NCBI GenBank assembly: GCA_004376895.1
Contig: SOIH01000236.1
Coordinates: 6,452-70,451 of the forward strand
Reading direction: 5' to 3'
Length of the DNA stretch: 64,000 nucleotides
Source of the DNA: Anaerolineales bacterium
Lineage (GTDB): Bacteria > Chloroflexota > Anaerolineae > Anaerolineales > E44-bin32
Under the pieces are notes generated by a model. That model had not been told where the DNA came from. It worked only from the letters and a program-made list of their open reading frames with translations, and made no database searches. Of this stretch, positions 17,856 to 27,088 are shown in pieces (the stretch's first letter is position 1; each line of letters opens with the position of its first letter). The position numbers and the translations under genes are program-made.

Positions 17856-19067
17856 TTACCCGGATCGAGGCGCGATTGTTCCTGCATCGATTTGCCATAT
17901 CGTTGCGTGGTGCTGGAATGGTCCGGTGAACATCGAGAGGTCTGCGGTTGTCAATATGGATTGCGTTACGGAAGAAATGCGAGAAAGCAAATCTTCTCGG
18001 CGTTCGATGTCCAGTTCCGCTAATACCTCGTCCAATAACAGAATAGGCCAATCGCCGGTTCGCTGCTTGAGCCACTCAATTTCCGCTAGTTTCATCGCCA
18101 GCATCGCGGTGCGATTCTGGCCTCGGGAACCGTACAACCGAAGATCGATTCCGTTCGAGCGCGGGCGGAAATCGTCCCGATGAGGTCCTTGGAGTGTGAC
18201 CCCTCGGGCTATTTCATCACTCCGATTACGCTCAAGTGCCTCCAGCATTCCTTTTCGTATCTCATCTCTGCTGATCCCTGTGCGGTCCAGCACTGCGTCG
18301 ATCGGCAATCCTAGCTGCCCTTCCGGCTGTGGTGCGGGGTCGTAGGAGGGTTGGTAATCCAACTGCAACGTTTCTTTTTTTCGGGTGAGCTCTAAATGAA
18401 GTGGAGCAGCAAGCTGATCCAACTCGCGCAGTGCGAGCGCCCGGCCGCGAATTAGAGATGCAGCCAAATCACATAACTGTTCATCCCAGAAAGCCAACTG
18501 TTCCAACAAGCCGCGGCCTTCCTGAGATTTCTTAAGCAGCGCGTTTCGCTGAGTGAGCACTTTTTGGTATTCAGAGAGTGCAGTCGCGTATGTTGAATCC
18601 GCCTGTGCAAGGCTGGAATCCAGGAAGCGACGGCGGTTACCGGGTGTGCCCTCGATGATCTTCAAATCCTGCGGGAGGAATAAAACAGCGGTAAAGGAAC
18701 TTGCCAACTCGCGCATACGGCGTTTGATTCCGTTGACCAGCACTTCCTTCCGCACGCGGCCTTCGCTGGAATGAGAATTATTTTCGATTACGATGCGAAT
18801 TTCGATTCGTTGGATGCGCTCTTGTGATTCAACCTCAGCGACTAGACGCGCGAACGGCATCGGTTCCTTGAGAGCGAGGAAGTTGATCAGATGGCGATCG
18901 CTTGCGGTGTGGAAAGAAGCTGCCCCAGTGAGGTAGTGAATCGCCTCCAGGAGACTGGTTTTCCCTTGGCCGTTAGCGCCAACCAATATTGTAGAACCCG
19001 CCTTAAAATCCTTCTCAAGGCGGATAAAGTTCCGAAAGTTCGTCAGGGATACATGTTTCAAATGCAT
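17856..19067 (-). CDS. recF: DNA replication and repair protein RecF
   Basis: MHLKHVSLTNFRNF...VGANGQGKTSLLEAI (Walker A), SMC-like signature SRGQNRTAMLAMKLAE, and LLLDEVLAELD. Confidence 0.9.
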   Translation of the reverse strand: MHLKHVSLTNFRNFIRLEKDFKAGSTILVGANGQGKTSLLEAIHYLTGAASFHTASDRHLINFLALKEPMPFARLVAEVESQERIQRIEIRIVIENNSHSSEGRVRKEVLVNGIKRRMRELASSFTAVLFLPQDLKIIEGTPGNRRRFLDSSLAQADSTYATALSEYQKVLTQRNALLKKSQEGRGLLEQLAFWDEQLCDLAASLIRGRALALRELDQLAAPLHLELTRKKETLQLDYQPSYDPAPQPEGQLGLPIDAVLDRTGISRDEIRKGMLEALERNRSDEIARGVTLQGPHRDDFRPRSNGIDLRLYGSRGQNRTAMLAMKLAEIEWLKQRTGDWPILLLDEVLAELDIERREDLLSRISSVTQSILTTADLSMFTGPFQHHATIWQIDAGTIAPRSG

Positions 19068-19077
19068 GGCTGTCGAG

Positions 19078-19090
19078 ATTGTAGCATAGC
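19078..19090 (-). promoter_or_regulatory. Extended -10 (GCTATGCTACAAT) 10 nt before the recF ATG
   Basis: Minus-strand TACAAT at 19083-19078, ATG at 19067. Confidence 0.4.
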
Positions 19091-19451
19091 TCGCAGGAGG
19101 GAACTCGAGTCAGCGATTAAGGATTCTTATCTAAATATTGTGAGTGGCTAAGCGTGATCAGGCTTCTCTGCCCCATCTGATGGTAGAACCATCGCTCTCA
19201 AAGCCAGATGGTGCCAATACCCCTCCTCGATGTTCTCCCCGAGGAGTCTTCGGTTATCAAACAACGCATGACATGTGAGGCATCAGATCGAGCAACCATA
19301 CACTTCTGCAACTTGAGATATTCGCGATGATAGTTTGTTCCAGCGGTACATGGAGGAGATCCAGAATAATCCGATCAATGTCCGTGCGCGGAGATGCAAG
19401 AGTGTGGGCTGGGGTTGATTGAGAAGAATTGGAAGTGAGACCGGCAGTAGA

Positions 19452-19979
19452 TTACACTGGTGTAGGAAGCTCTTCTTCCCCCTGTTCTTCAACCCGCCAA
19501 ACCTGAGTGGCGCGGTCGATGTAGAGAATACCTTCAATGTGGTCGATCTCGTGCTGGAAGATCCGCGCCAACCATCCTTTGGCTCTAAGCTTAAAATTCT
19601 GGCCGTGTCGGTTCAAGCCCTTGACGGTGACTCGCTCGTACCGCTCGACTTCACCAAAATACCCCGGGAGAGATAGGCAAGCTTCGTTTCCAAGCACCCT
19701 TTCCTTGGATGAACGCGTGATCTCGGGATTGATAACCGCATAGAGTTTAGGAGGTTTTTCCGTCGCGCCGTCATCTTCGCTGCCTTCAGCATACTCGACG
19801 ACAATCACCCGCATGCCAACGTCTATCTGGGGCGCGGCAAGACCGGCGCCCGGCGCGACTCGCATCGTCTCAATCAAATCGTCGATGAGTTGCTCAATCT
19901 CGGGTGTTATTCGGCGGACCTTTTGAGCGCGTTTGCGCAGGGTCTGGTTAGGTGGGGTAACGATCTCGCGAATTGCCAT
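19452..19979 (-). CDS. def: Peptide deformylase
   Basis: The three Def motifs are present: GAGLAAPQI, EACLSLPG, QHEIDHIEG. Confidence 0.92.
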   Translation of the reverse strand: MAIREIVTPPNQTLRKRAQKVRRITPEIEQLIDDLIETMRVAPGAGLAAPQIDVGMRVIVVEYAEGSEDDGATEKPPKLYAVINPEITRSSKERVLGNEACLSLPGYFGEVERYERVTVKGLNRHGQNFKLRAKGWLARIFQHEIDHIEGILYIDRATQVWRVEEQGEEELPTPV

Positions 19980-21627
19980 AGCGCTGAGAATTTTCGTCTC
20001 CGTCTTCGGAGTCTCCTTGAGTGTATTTGTTGTGGTAAATATCGAACAATTCTACCATTTCGCCTTGTCGTTTGAAGCGCGCTTGCTCTGCTTTATGAAG
20101 CATCAGGGCTTCCTGCGCGTGGACGATGTCCTGTTGAATTGTGACGGGGTCGAAAACCCCCTCGAAGACGAACTGCTCCGTGCCAACATTCGCAACTACA
20201 TCGCCGTAGTTTAACAGGATGCCAATCAAGCCTTTGCGATCGACCTCCGTGCCAAGGATGTTCTCAATTGGAGCCACTTTGCGCTCCTCCCGGGCGAGAG
20301 GTTTTTTATATATGTCGATGATCTGCTGAGCGGTGATTTGGTAAATGTCATTCGCCCAGTCTACATAACGGTAGAGCCACCAAGCGCTAACCGCCATCAG
20401 CGCAGTGATGCTTATGAGCAGGAAGATGCCGGGAGAGAGCAAGGATATCAAACCACCAAGACGCGCTCCGAGAAGCCCGATCACAGTAATAAATAATACG
20501 GACGGAACACTGATCTCGCGCAACAAGACCGCCCAGTGTTTTCGGTAGGTGATTGTGTCTTTATCCTCAAAACGGACCTTGAATCCCCAACGGCCCAGCC
20601 CTCGAGTGGCAGGGGATTCGGCTTCATCTGGCAGCGATGTAAGGCTCTCTTCAACTATCTGCGGCTCTTCATCATGCAGACGCTGTTCAAGCGCTTCGAC
20701 CAGTGACTCGCGGTCAGTTGAGTCCTGTTTTGCGCGCTGACGCTGCCAGTTCGCTTCGATCAAGGCAGCGATAGTTTGGGCTTCGCCGACATTGTGGAAA
20801 ACGACCTTGCCGGTATAGGTTCTAATCACGACATCCCCGAATCCCATCATGCGCCCCGTGATGTCTGTTCCGACGCTAACGGAGAGGATTGTATGCAGCG
20901 GTGCCTCGCGGCGACTGTCGTAGATGCCGATCACCTTCTCCAACCAGACAGCGCGGCGATCGGTCACGATATAGTAGTCGTTGGTCCAATCCAACCACTG
21001 CCAAATACCGAAGAGGATTCCGGCTAATACAAGGCCAAATCCGCCCCACAGGGCGATGGTGACGTCGCCCAGAAGCGCCCACAGGATAAGTGCGGAAGCG
21101 CCACCGAGCATGAGCACAGGGATGGTCAGCCGTTGAAAGAGTACGAAGGAGTGTTTGCGGGCAAGAGCGTAGATCACCTCGCCTTCTCTGAGCCAGGAGA
21201 AGCGAAGTTTTTCTGCGAGTTTATGGCTTTGGGCGACGAATTGTAAACCTTTCAGCGCCACCGGTTGAGCCTTCATGAATTGTGTAAGGAGGGTGCGGTC
21301 CCAGCGGAGAACGACGGTGGCCTCAACTGACCGGACTGTCGCCGGGCGCGGCTGCCGGTAGATCATCTCGAGCGCGCCGATTGTGTCTCCCGGAACTAGG
21401 CGTCCAAGGGAAACCCACTCACCGTCTTCCTCGCCCCGGAGAACATCAACTTCGCCGTACAGGATGATGTACAAGCAATCGGGATGTCCCCCTTGTGCTA
21501 TGATGGTTTCTCCTGGTGCGTACGTCTCGCGCGGCAGCACTTCTGCAAGCTCAATACGCTCTTCGGACGTCAGGTGGCGAAGGAAGTGGACACGATTGAG
21601 AAGATCAGCCGGCTTGGAGTGCACCAT
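19948..21627 (-). CDS. Cyclic-nucleotide-binding domain fused to YdbT-like bPH_2 (DUF304) membrane modules
   Basis: N-terminal cNMP-binding fold (GETIIAQGGHPDCLYIILYGEVDV...PRPATVRSVEATVVLRW). It is followed by TM hairpins and repeated 'VI...YTD/GDV...V' PH-like units. The 3' end overlaps the def start by 32 nt. Confidence 0.75.
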   Translation of the reverse strand: MVHSKPADLLNRVHFLRHLTSEERIELAEVLPRETYAPGETIIAQGGHPDCLYIILYGEVDVLRGEEDGEWVSLGRLVPGDTIGALEMIYRQPRPATVRSVEATVVLRWDRTLLTQFMKAQPVALKGLQFVAQSHKLAEKLRFSWLREGEVIYALARKHSFVLFQRLTIPVLMLGGASALILWALLGDVTIALWGGFGLVLAGILFGIWQWLDWTNDYYIVTDRRAVWLEKVIGIYDSRREAPLHTILSVSVGTDITGRMMGFGDVVIRTYTGKVVFHNVGEAQTIAALIEANWQRQRAKQDSTDRESLVEALEQRLHDEEPQIVEESLTSLPDEAESPATRGLGRWGFKVRFEDKDTITYRKHWAVLLREISVPSVLFITVIGLLGARLGGLISLLSPGIFLLISITALMAVSAWWLYRYVDWANDIYQITAQQIIDIYKKPLAREERKVAPIENILGTEVDRKGLIGILLNYGDVVANVGTEQFVFEGVFDPVTIQQDIVHAQEALMLHKAEQARFKRQGEMVELFDIYHNKYTQGDSEDGDENSQRYGNSRDRYPT

Positions 21628-21633
21628 GGCTAG

Positions 21634-21642
21634 ATTTTAGCA
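21634..21642 (-). promoter_or_regulatory. Extended -10 (TGCTAAAAT) 6 nt before the ATG of the cNMP-binding membrane protein gene
   Basis: Minus-strand TAAAAT at 21639-21634 preceded by TGC. ATG at 21627. Confidence 0.45.
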
Positions 21643-21669
21643 TGTAGCGCGAACATTTGCGGGCTGCTA

Positions 21670-21678
21670 TGCTATAAT
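21670..21678 (+). promoter_or_regulatory. Extended -10 (TGCTATAAT) upstream of ftsK
   Basis: TATAAT at 21673-21678. It lies back-to-back with the divergent -10 at 21634-21639. Confidence 0.45.
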
Positions 21679-21698
21679 CGCCGCGCTTGGAGACGGAA

Positions 21699-24029
21699 GT
21701 GGCGAAAAAAACATCCACTCGAAGTCGACGTAAGAGTACTACGAGGTCAAAGAGCCGTAAGAAAACGGCGAAAAGTCGCACCTCGAGAAATTTAATTACC
21801 TCGTTTCGCAACTCACTTGGCGAAGTTTTTTCAATCCAAGGCATCCTCACACGAGAACGGAAAACTAATCTGCTCGGGCTTTTTCTGCTTGTAATCGGCT
21901 TCTTAACGATTCTGAGTCTGCTCACCGCGCACCAGGGTTTGATCGGAAGCGCGTGGGTACGTTTGCTTCAACAGACCTTTGGCTGGGGGATGTTCATTGT
22001 GCCTCTGGCGTTGATCATTGGTGGAGCAGGGATTCTTTTGAGGAAAATGCGAGGTCGCTTGCCGGGGATTGAACCGGAGAAGATTGTTGGTTCGGTCTCA
22101 TTCTTCCTACTCACTTTGGTTCTCATGCATGCGCTGCTTGGGGCGACCACCTTTGCGATTGGAAAGGCGATTGCGAAAGATGGCCGCGGTGGAGGGATTA
22201 TCGGCGCGGCGATCTACGCTCTTCTGGTTCGCAGTCTAGGTGTTGGCGGAGCGATTGTTGTCATCGCAGCGTGGCTGCTTGTATCGACCACTTTCATAAT
22301 CGGGATCTCGCTTCCGGAAATGGTAGATTACGCGCTAAAGGGTTGGGATTGGGTTCGCCAGCAATTCACGACCATCCCAACGCTATCTCAACCTAAGGCG
22401 GGTGTGCGGACTGCAGACATCCCTCCGCAACCATTGGACACCGCGCTGCCGATCCAACCGGGAGCAGCTCAACCTCAGCAAGGAATGGATCTGCCATCAG
22501 CGCTCCAGACTGAAGCGGTGGAGGATATTTCACGGCGGCAGTGGGTGCTGCCGGAGGTGGCAGAGATACTCGAACCGGGAGCGGTAAGCCGGGCTGATGA
22601 GACATTCGACCGTGAACGTGCCCGGTTGATCGAAGAAACACTGCGAGTATTTGGTGCGCCCGCGCGAGTTGTCGAGATCAATCGCGGCCCGGTGATCACT
22701 CAATTTGGAGTTGAACCGGATTTTATCGAAGGACGTGGAGGACGACGCACGAAGGTTAAAGTGAGTAAGATTTCGTCTCTAGCGGATGATCTTGCTCTAG
22801 CGCTTGCTGCCCCCTCGATTCGGATTGAAGCGCCCGTTCCGAGCAAGGGTTACGTTGGCATCGAGGTCCCCAACACTGATGTTTCGTTGGTTGCGCTGCG
22901 TGATGTGATCGAAGCGCAGAGTTTTCAAAAGATACGCTCCAGGTTAAAGCTTGGGTTGGGTATCGATGTGTCGGGCGGGTCAGTCATTGCGGATCTCGCG
23001 GCTATGCCGCATCTGCTTATCGCGGGCACAACGGGCTCGGGTAAATCAGTATGTGTGAATGCCATCATCTCCTGCCTGCTGCTTCAGAACACACCCGATG
23101 AACTTAAGTTTGTCATGGTCGATCCGAAGAGGGTTGAATTGACATACTTTAACGGCATCCCTCATCTTATGGCTCCAGTGGTTGTTGAATTGGAGCGTGT
23201 AGTGTCAGCGCTGCAATGGGTCTCGCGCGAGATGGATCGTCGCTATCATCTCTTCGCCCAAGTAGGTGTACGAAATATCGGTGACTACAACCGGCGCGTG
23301 AAACAATCTGGGGGACAATCGATGCATTACATCGTCGTCGTGATCGATGAGCTAGCAGACCTTATGATGCTGGCGCCCCATGAGACGGAGATGGTGGTCA
23401 CTCGCTTGGCGCAGCTCGCACGCGCGACGGGCATTCATCTGGTCATTGCCACCCAGCGCCCTTCCGTGGATGTAGTCACCGGCCTGATAAAAGCCAACTT
23501 CCCAGCACGCATTGCCTTCGCGGTGGCATCCTCCGTTGACAGCCGTGTCATCCTGGATCAACCCGGTGCCGAGAGACTCCTCGGGCGAGGGGATATGCTC
23601 TTTCAGGCACCAGACGCGGCGGCACCCATCCGTATGCAGGGAGCGTATGTCTCCGAGGATGAGTTATACAGATTAATCCAATACTGGAAGATCTCCAGCT
23701 TGGGTGAAGAGATCGATGGTCAGCCTGTGATACCTATTGAAAGTATTCCGCCGGGCGTAGATCTTAAACAGGCGCCGCTATGGGACGAGATAGCTGAAGA
23801 AGATGATGACCTCGACCCACTCTTTAATGAAGCTGTTTCGATCGTTCGCGGGGTGCGCCGCGCTTCGATCTCGCTGTTGCAACGCCATCTGCGGATCGGA
23901 TACACACGCTCCGCACGGCTTGTGGATCAACTCGAAGAGCGCGGCATCATCGGCCCCGCGAAGAGCGGCTCGCAACCGCGAGAGGTCCTTGACTATGGCG
24001 ATCTCGCATCGCCAGGTGAGCAGGGGTGA
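21699..24029 (+). CDS. ftsK: DNA translocase FtsK/SpoIIIE
   Basis: N-terminal TM helices, Walker A GTTGSGKSV, VVVIDELADLM, and C-terminal gamma winged helix (ASISLLQRHLRIGYTRSARLVDQLEERGIIGP). The GTG at 21699 has GGAG 6 nt upstream; the TTG at 21687 is the alternative start. Confidence 0.9.
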   Translation: MAKKTSTRSRRKSTTRSKSRKKTAKSRTSRNLITSFRNSLGEVFSIQGILTRERKTNLLGLFLLVIGFLTILSLLTAHQGLIGSAWVRLLQQTFGWGMFIVPLALIIGGAGILLRKMRGRLPGIEPEKIVGSVSFFLLTLVLMHALLGATTFAIGKAIAKDGRGGGIIGAAIYALLVRSLGVGGAIVVIAAWLLVSTTFIIGISLPEMVDYALKGWDWVRQQFTTIPTLSQPKAGVRTADIPPQPLDTALPIQPGAAQPQQGMDLPSALQTEAVEDISRRQWVLPEVAEILEPGAVSRADETFDRERARLIEETLRVFGAPARVVEINRGPVITQFGVEPDFIEGRGGRRTKVKVSKISSLADDLALALAAPSIRIEAPVPSKGYVGIEVPNTDVSLVALRDVIEAQSFQKIRSRLKLGLGIDVSGGSVIADLAAMPHLLIAGTTGSGKSVCVNAIISCLLLQNTPDELKFVMVDPKRVELTYFNGIPHLMAPVVVELERVVSALQWVSREMDRRYHLFAQVGVRNIGDYNRRVKQSGGQSMHYIVVVIDELADLMMLAPHETEMVVTRLAQLARATGIHLVIATQRPSVDVVTGLIKANFPARIAFAVASSVDSRVILDQPGAERLLGRGDMLFQAPDAAAPIRMQGAYVSEDELYRLIQYWKISSLGEEIDGQPVIPIESIPPGVDLKQAPLWDEIAEEDDDLDPLFNEAVSIVRGVRRASISLLQRHLRIGYTRSARLVDQLEERGIIGPAKSGSQPREVLDYGDLASPGEQG

Positions 24030-24233
24030 TCAATGTCTATCATCGTTGCCACACCTTAATAACTCATCGTGTACGTAAGCGGTAATTCGTTGCAACCAGA
24101 GATGTCTCATGCTATCATTGCATGGGTCACAAACCTTACCTAACACTGCGGCAATGTTTGTGTTTGTGAAAGGGGTGATTTGGGAGAAGAAAAGACTGTC
24201 CGCGCCGCAACATTCAAAATGGAGGAATGTAAC

Positions 24234-25274
24234 ATGCAGAAGAAGTTATTCGCCGTTCTGTCGCTTCTTATCATCGCAGCGTTTGTACTCGTTGCGTGTG
24301 CTCCAGCAGCGACACCTGAGCCGGAGGCGAAGTTAAAGGTCTGCCAGGTAACGGATACTGGCGGTATCGACGACAAATCCTTCAATGCTACAGCTTGGAA
24401 GGGTGTCGAAGATGCAGTGAACGAACTCGGGGTTGAGGGCAAGGTCCTCGAGTCTCAGCAACAGACCGATTACGAGAAGAACATCAACGCCTTCCTCGAG
24501 GAGGGTTGTGATCTGATCATAACCGTCGGCTTCCTGCTCGGTGATGCCACCGCCGCTGGTGCAGAAGCATATCCTGACCAGAAATTCACCATCGTAGACT
24601 ACGCCTATGCTCCGGACTACGAGAACGTTGTGGGGCAGGTCTTCAATACACAAGAAGCAGCCTTCTTGGCTGGCTATCTGGCGGCCGGAGTGAGCAAGAC
24701 AGGCAAGATCGGCACCTTCGGCGGTATTCAGATCCCGCCAGTGACCGTCTTTATGGATGGCTGGGCTCTTGGTGCAGCGCACTACAACGAGGTCCACGGG
24801 ACGAGCGTGGAAGTCCTCGGATGGGATGCTAGCACGCAGACAGGTCTTTTCACCAACAACTTCGAGAGCCTCGAAGATGGACGCCTCATGGGTGAGCAAC
24901 TCATGGATGAGGGCGTGGATATCATCCTGCCAGTCGCTGGTCCAGTGGGCCTTGGCACGGCAGCAGCGGCTGAGGAGCGCGGTGGCGTTTACATCGTCGG
25001 TGTCGACAACGACTGGGCGATCGTCAACTCAGGGTTCGCCGGCATCACGCTGACATCGGTCCTCAAGAACATGGACATCACAACCATGGACGTCATCAAG
25101 AGTGTAGTCGATGGCAGCTTCGCAGGCGGAGTAACCGTCGGTACGCTTGAGAACGGCGGTGTTGGTCTCGCTCCGTTCCATGATTTAGATAGCATGGTCT
25201 CGGCTGATCTTCAAACTGAACTAGATAACGTTGCAGCGAAGCTAGTCGCCGGTTCGCTTTCGGCGAATCCGTAA
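24234..25274 (+). CDS. BMP-family (PnrA/Med-like) ABC transporter substrate-binding lipoprotein, probably nucleoside-binding
   Basis: Lipoprotein signal LIIAAFVLVAC, then GGIDDKSFNATAWKGVEDA. GGAGGAA RBS precedes the ATG at 24234. Confidence 0.85.
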   Translation: MQKKLFAVLSLLIIAAFVLVACAPAATPEPEAKLKVCQVTDTGGIDDKSFNATAWKGVEDAVNELGVEGKVLESQQQTDYEKNINAFLEEGCDLIITVGFLLGDATAAGAEAYPDQKFTIVDYAYAPDYENVVGQVFNTQEAAFLAGYLAAGVSKTGKIGTFGGIQIPPVTVFMDGWALGAAHYNEVHGTSVEVLGWDASTQTGLFTNNFESLEDGRLMGEQLMDEGVDIILPVAGPVGLGTAAAAEERGGVYIVGVDNDWAIVNSGFAGITLTSVLKNMDITTMDVIKSVVDGSFAGGVTVGTLENGGVGLAPFHDLDSMVSADLQTELDNVAAKLVAGSLSANP

Positions 25275-25320
25275 GATAACTTCGCTAGGACGCCATCTGG
25301 CGTAATAGAGCGTAATATTA

Positions 25321-25358
25321 CAGGGGCTGGGTTTCTTTTCCCAGCCCCTGTCGTTTTT
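25321..25358 (+). terminator. Rho-independent terminator/attenuator between the BMP SBP gene and the ATPase gene
   Basis: Perfect 11-bp stem CAGGGGCTGGG / CCCAGCCCCTG, 8-nt loop, then TCGTTTTT. Confidence 0.8.
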
Positions 25359-25435
25359 AGAGCGCAGCAACAATGTTTACTCTCTCCTTGAGTTTTGAGT
25401 GATTAACCGCGCTAATTCTTTGCAGAAAACGAGAT

Positions 25436-25463
25436 TTGTACAAAATGGGCCCCGTGGTAGAAT
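25436..25463 (+). promoter_or_regulatory. Possible internal promoter for the ABC ATPase/permease genes (TTGTAC-16-TAGAAT)
   Basis: TTGTAC at 25436-25441, spacer ending in TGG, TAGAAT at 25458-25463. It lies downstream of the terminator at 25321-25358. Confidence 0.35.
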
Positions 25464-25516
25464 TCAGCCTATCTCCAGCGGTGGTCTTGGCCGCTCAACA
25501 GGATCTCTAGGTGAAA

Positions 25517-27052
25517 ATGGAACCCGTCCTCGAACTCCACAATATCACCAAGCGTTTCCCCGGTGTACTTGCCAACGATAATATCAACCTGACCCTCGAA
25601 GAAGGGGAAATACATGCCTTGCTGGGAGAGAACGGCGCCGGCAAGACGACGTTGATGAATATCCTTTACGGGATATATCAACCGGATGAGGGTGAGGTGA
25701 TTGTTCGAGGTGAGAAGGTCGAGATCCACGATCCGGGGGATGCCATCGCCGAAGGTATCGGAATGGTCCATCAGCATTTCATGCTCATCCCTGTATTCAC
25801 GGTGACAGAAAATGTGATGTTGGGCGAGGAGTCTTTGCACCCAGGCAATTTTTTGGATCGTCCCACCGCTTCTCAGCGCATAATCGATATCTCGGAACAG
25901 TACCATCTAGAAGTGGATCCTGATGTCTATGTACGGGATATCGCAGTAGGTGTCCAGCAACGGGTTGAGATCATTAAACTTCTCTATCGCAACGCAGACA
26001 TCTTGATCTTCGATGAACCGACGGCTGTGTTGACGCCGCAGGAGGCGGATGCCCTTTTTAAGATTATGCGTTCGCTGACGGATCAGGGAAAATCGATCAT
26101 TTTTATCACGCATAAATTGCGTGAGGTGGAAGAGGTTGCCGATCGCATTTCTGTTCTGCGTCGGGGAAAAATGGTGGGTACGACGACTCCGAAGAAAGCG
26201 AGCCGCAGCAAGTTGGCAGAGATGATGGTGGGGCGTGAGGTTCAACTCGGAGTTGAGAAAAAACCACCAAAGGTCGGCGATGCAGTATTGAAAGTCAACG
26301 ATTTAGTCGTAATTAATGACCGGAATCAGGTTGCGGTGGATGGGATCAGTTTCGAGATCCATGCAGGCGAGATTCTTGGCGTAGCAGGTGTTCAAGGTAA
26401 CGGACAAACCGAACTCGTGGAAGCACTCACTGGGCTGCGCCCGTCGCTAGATGGCACGATTCATTTCCTGGATGATGATATATCAAAAGCCACCCCGCGT
26501 GAAATCACAGAATTAGGCGCCGCGCATGTACCCGAGGATCGGCAGCGAGATGGTTTGATCCTCCCCTTCCCTGTGGCCGACAACCTTGTGCTGAATACCT
26601 ATTACCTGCCTCCATTCGCGCAAGGTGTCGTCATGCAACAAGAAGCGATTGTTGAATCGGCGGTGGAGCGAATTCAAGAATTCGACATCCGCACGCCCGG
26701 TCCGCTAACATCCGCAAGTTCTCTCTCTGGAGGAAACCAGCAGAAATTAATTGTGGCGCGTGAGTTCTCGCGTCCTATCAAACTCTTAATCGCCTCACAG
26801 CCCACACGAGGGTTGGATGTGGGTTCGATCGAATTTATCCATAGGCAGATTATTGACAAGCGCGATGAAGGAGTGGCGGTTTTGCTCGTCTCACCCGAAC
26901 TGGATGAGATCATAGATCTTTCGGACCGCATCGCGGTCATGTATAGAGGGAAAATTATGGATATCCTGCCCGGCAAGAAGGCTACCAAGGAGCAAATCGG
27001 ACTGCTCATGGCGGGTATTACGCAGGATCAAGAGGCATCTCCCAAGAAATAA
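25517..27052 (+). CDS. ABC transporter ATP-binding protein with duplicated ATPase domains
   Basis: GENGAGKTT, FDEPTAVL and a second LSGGNQQKL / Walker B half. This is typical of sugar/nucleoside CUT2 ATPases. Confidence 0.9.
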   Translation: MEPVLELHNITKRFPGVLANDNINLTLEEGEIHALLGENGAGKTTLMNILYGIYQPDEGEVIVRGEKVEIHDPGDAIAEGIGMVHQHFMLIPVFTVTENVMLGEESLHPGNFLDRPTASQRIIDISEQYHLEVDPDVYVRDIAVGVQQRVEIIKLLYRNADILIFDEPTAVLTPQEADALFKIMRSLTDQGKSIIFITHKLREVEEVADRISVLRRGKMVGTTTPKKASRSKLAEMMVGREVQLGVEKKPPKVGDAVLKVNDLVVINDRNQVAVDGISFEIHAGEILGVAGVQGNGQTELVEALTGLRPSLDGTIHFLDDDISKATPREITELGAAHVPEDRQRDGLILPFPVADNLVLNTYYLPPFAQGVVMQQEAIVESAVERIQEFDIRTPGPLTSASSLSGGNQQKLIVAREFSRPIKLLIASQPTRGLDVGSIEFIHRQIIDKRDEGVAVLLVSPELDEIIDLSDRIAVMYRGKIMDILPGKKATKEQIGLLMAGITQDQEASPKK

Positions 27053-27088
27053 TCGGCTGAGAAATCGAGTTCGCAGCGAGGTCCTTCC

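Noticed and set aside
19068-19451. 384-nt def-recF spacer with two hairpins (CCATCTG...CAGATGG enclosing ATGGT-aga-ACCAT, and CTCCTCG...CGAGGAG), considered as an ncRNA or pseudogene.
   Set aside because: No recognisable protein remnant appears in any frame, no family-specific RNA motif is present, the stems are short (5-7 bp), and no promoter/terminator pair brackets them. It is left as unexplained spacer containing the recF promoter.
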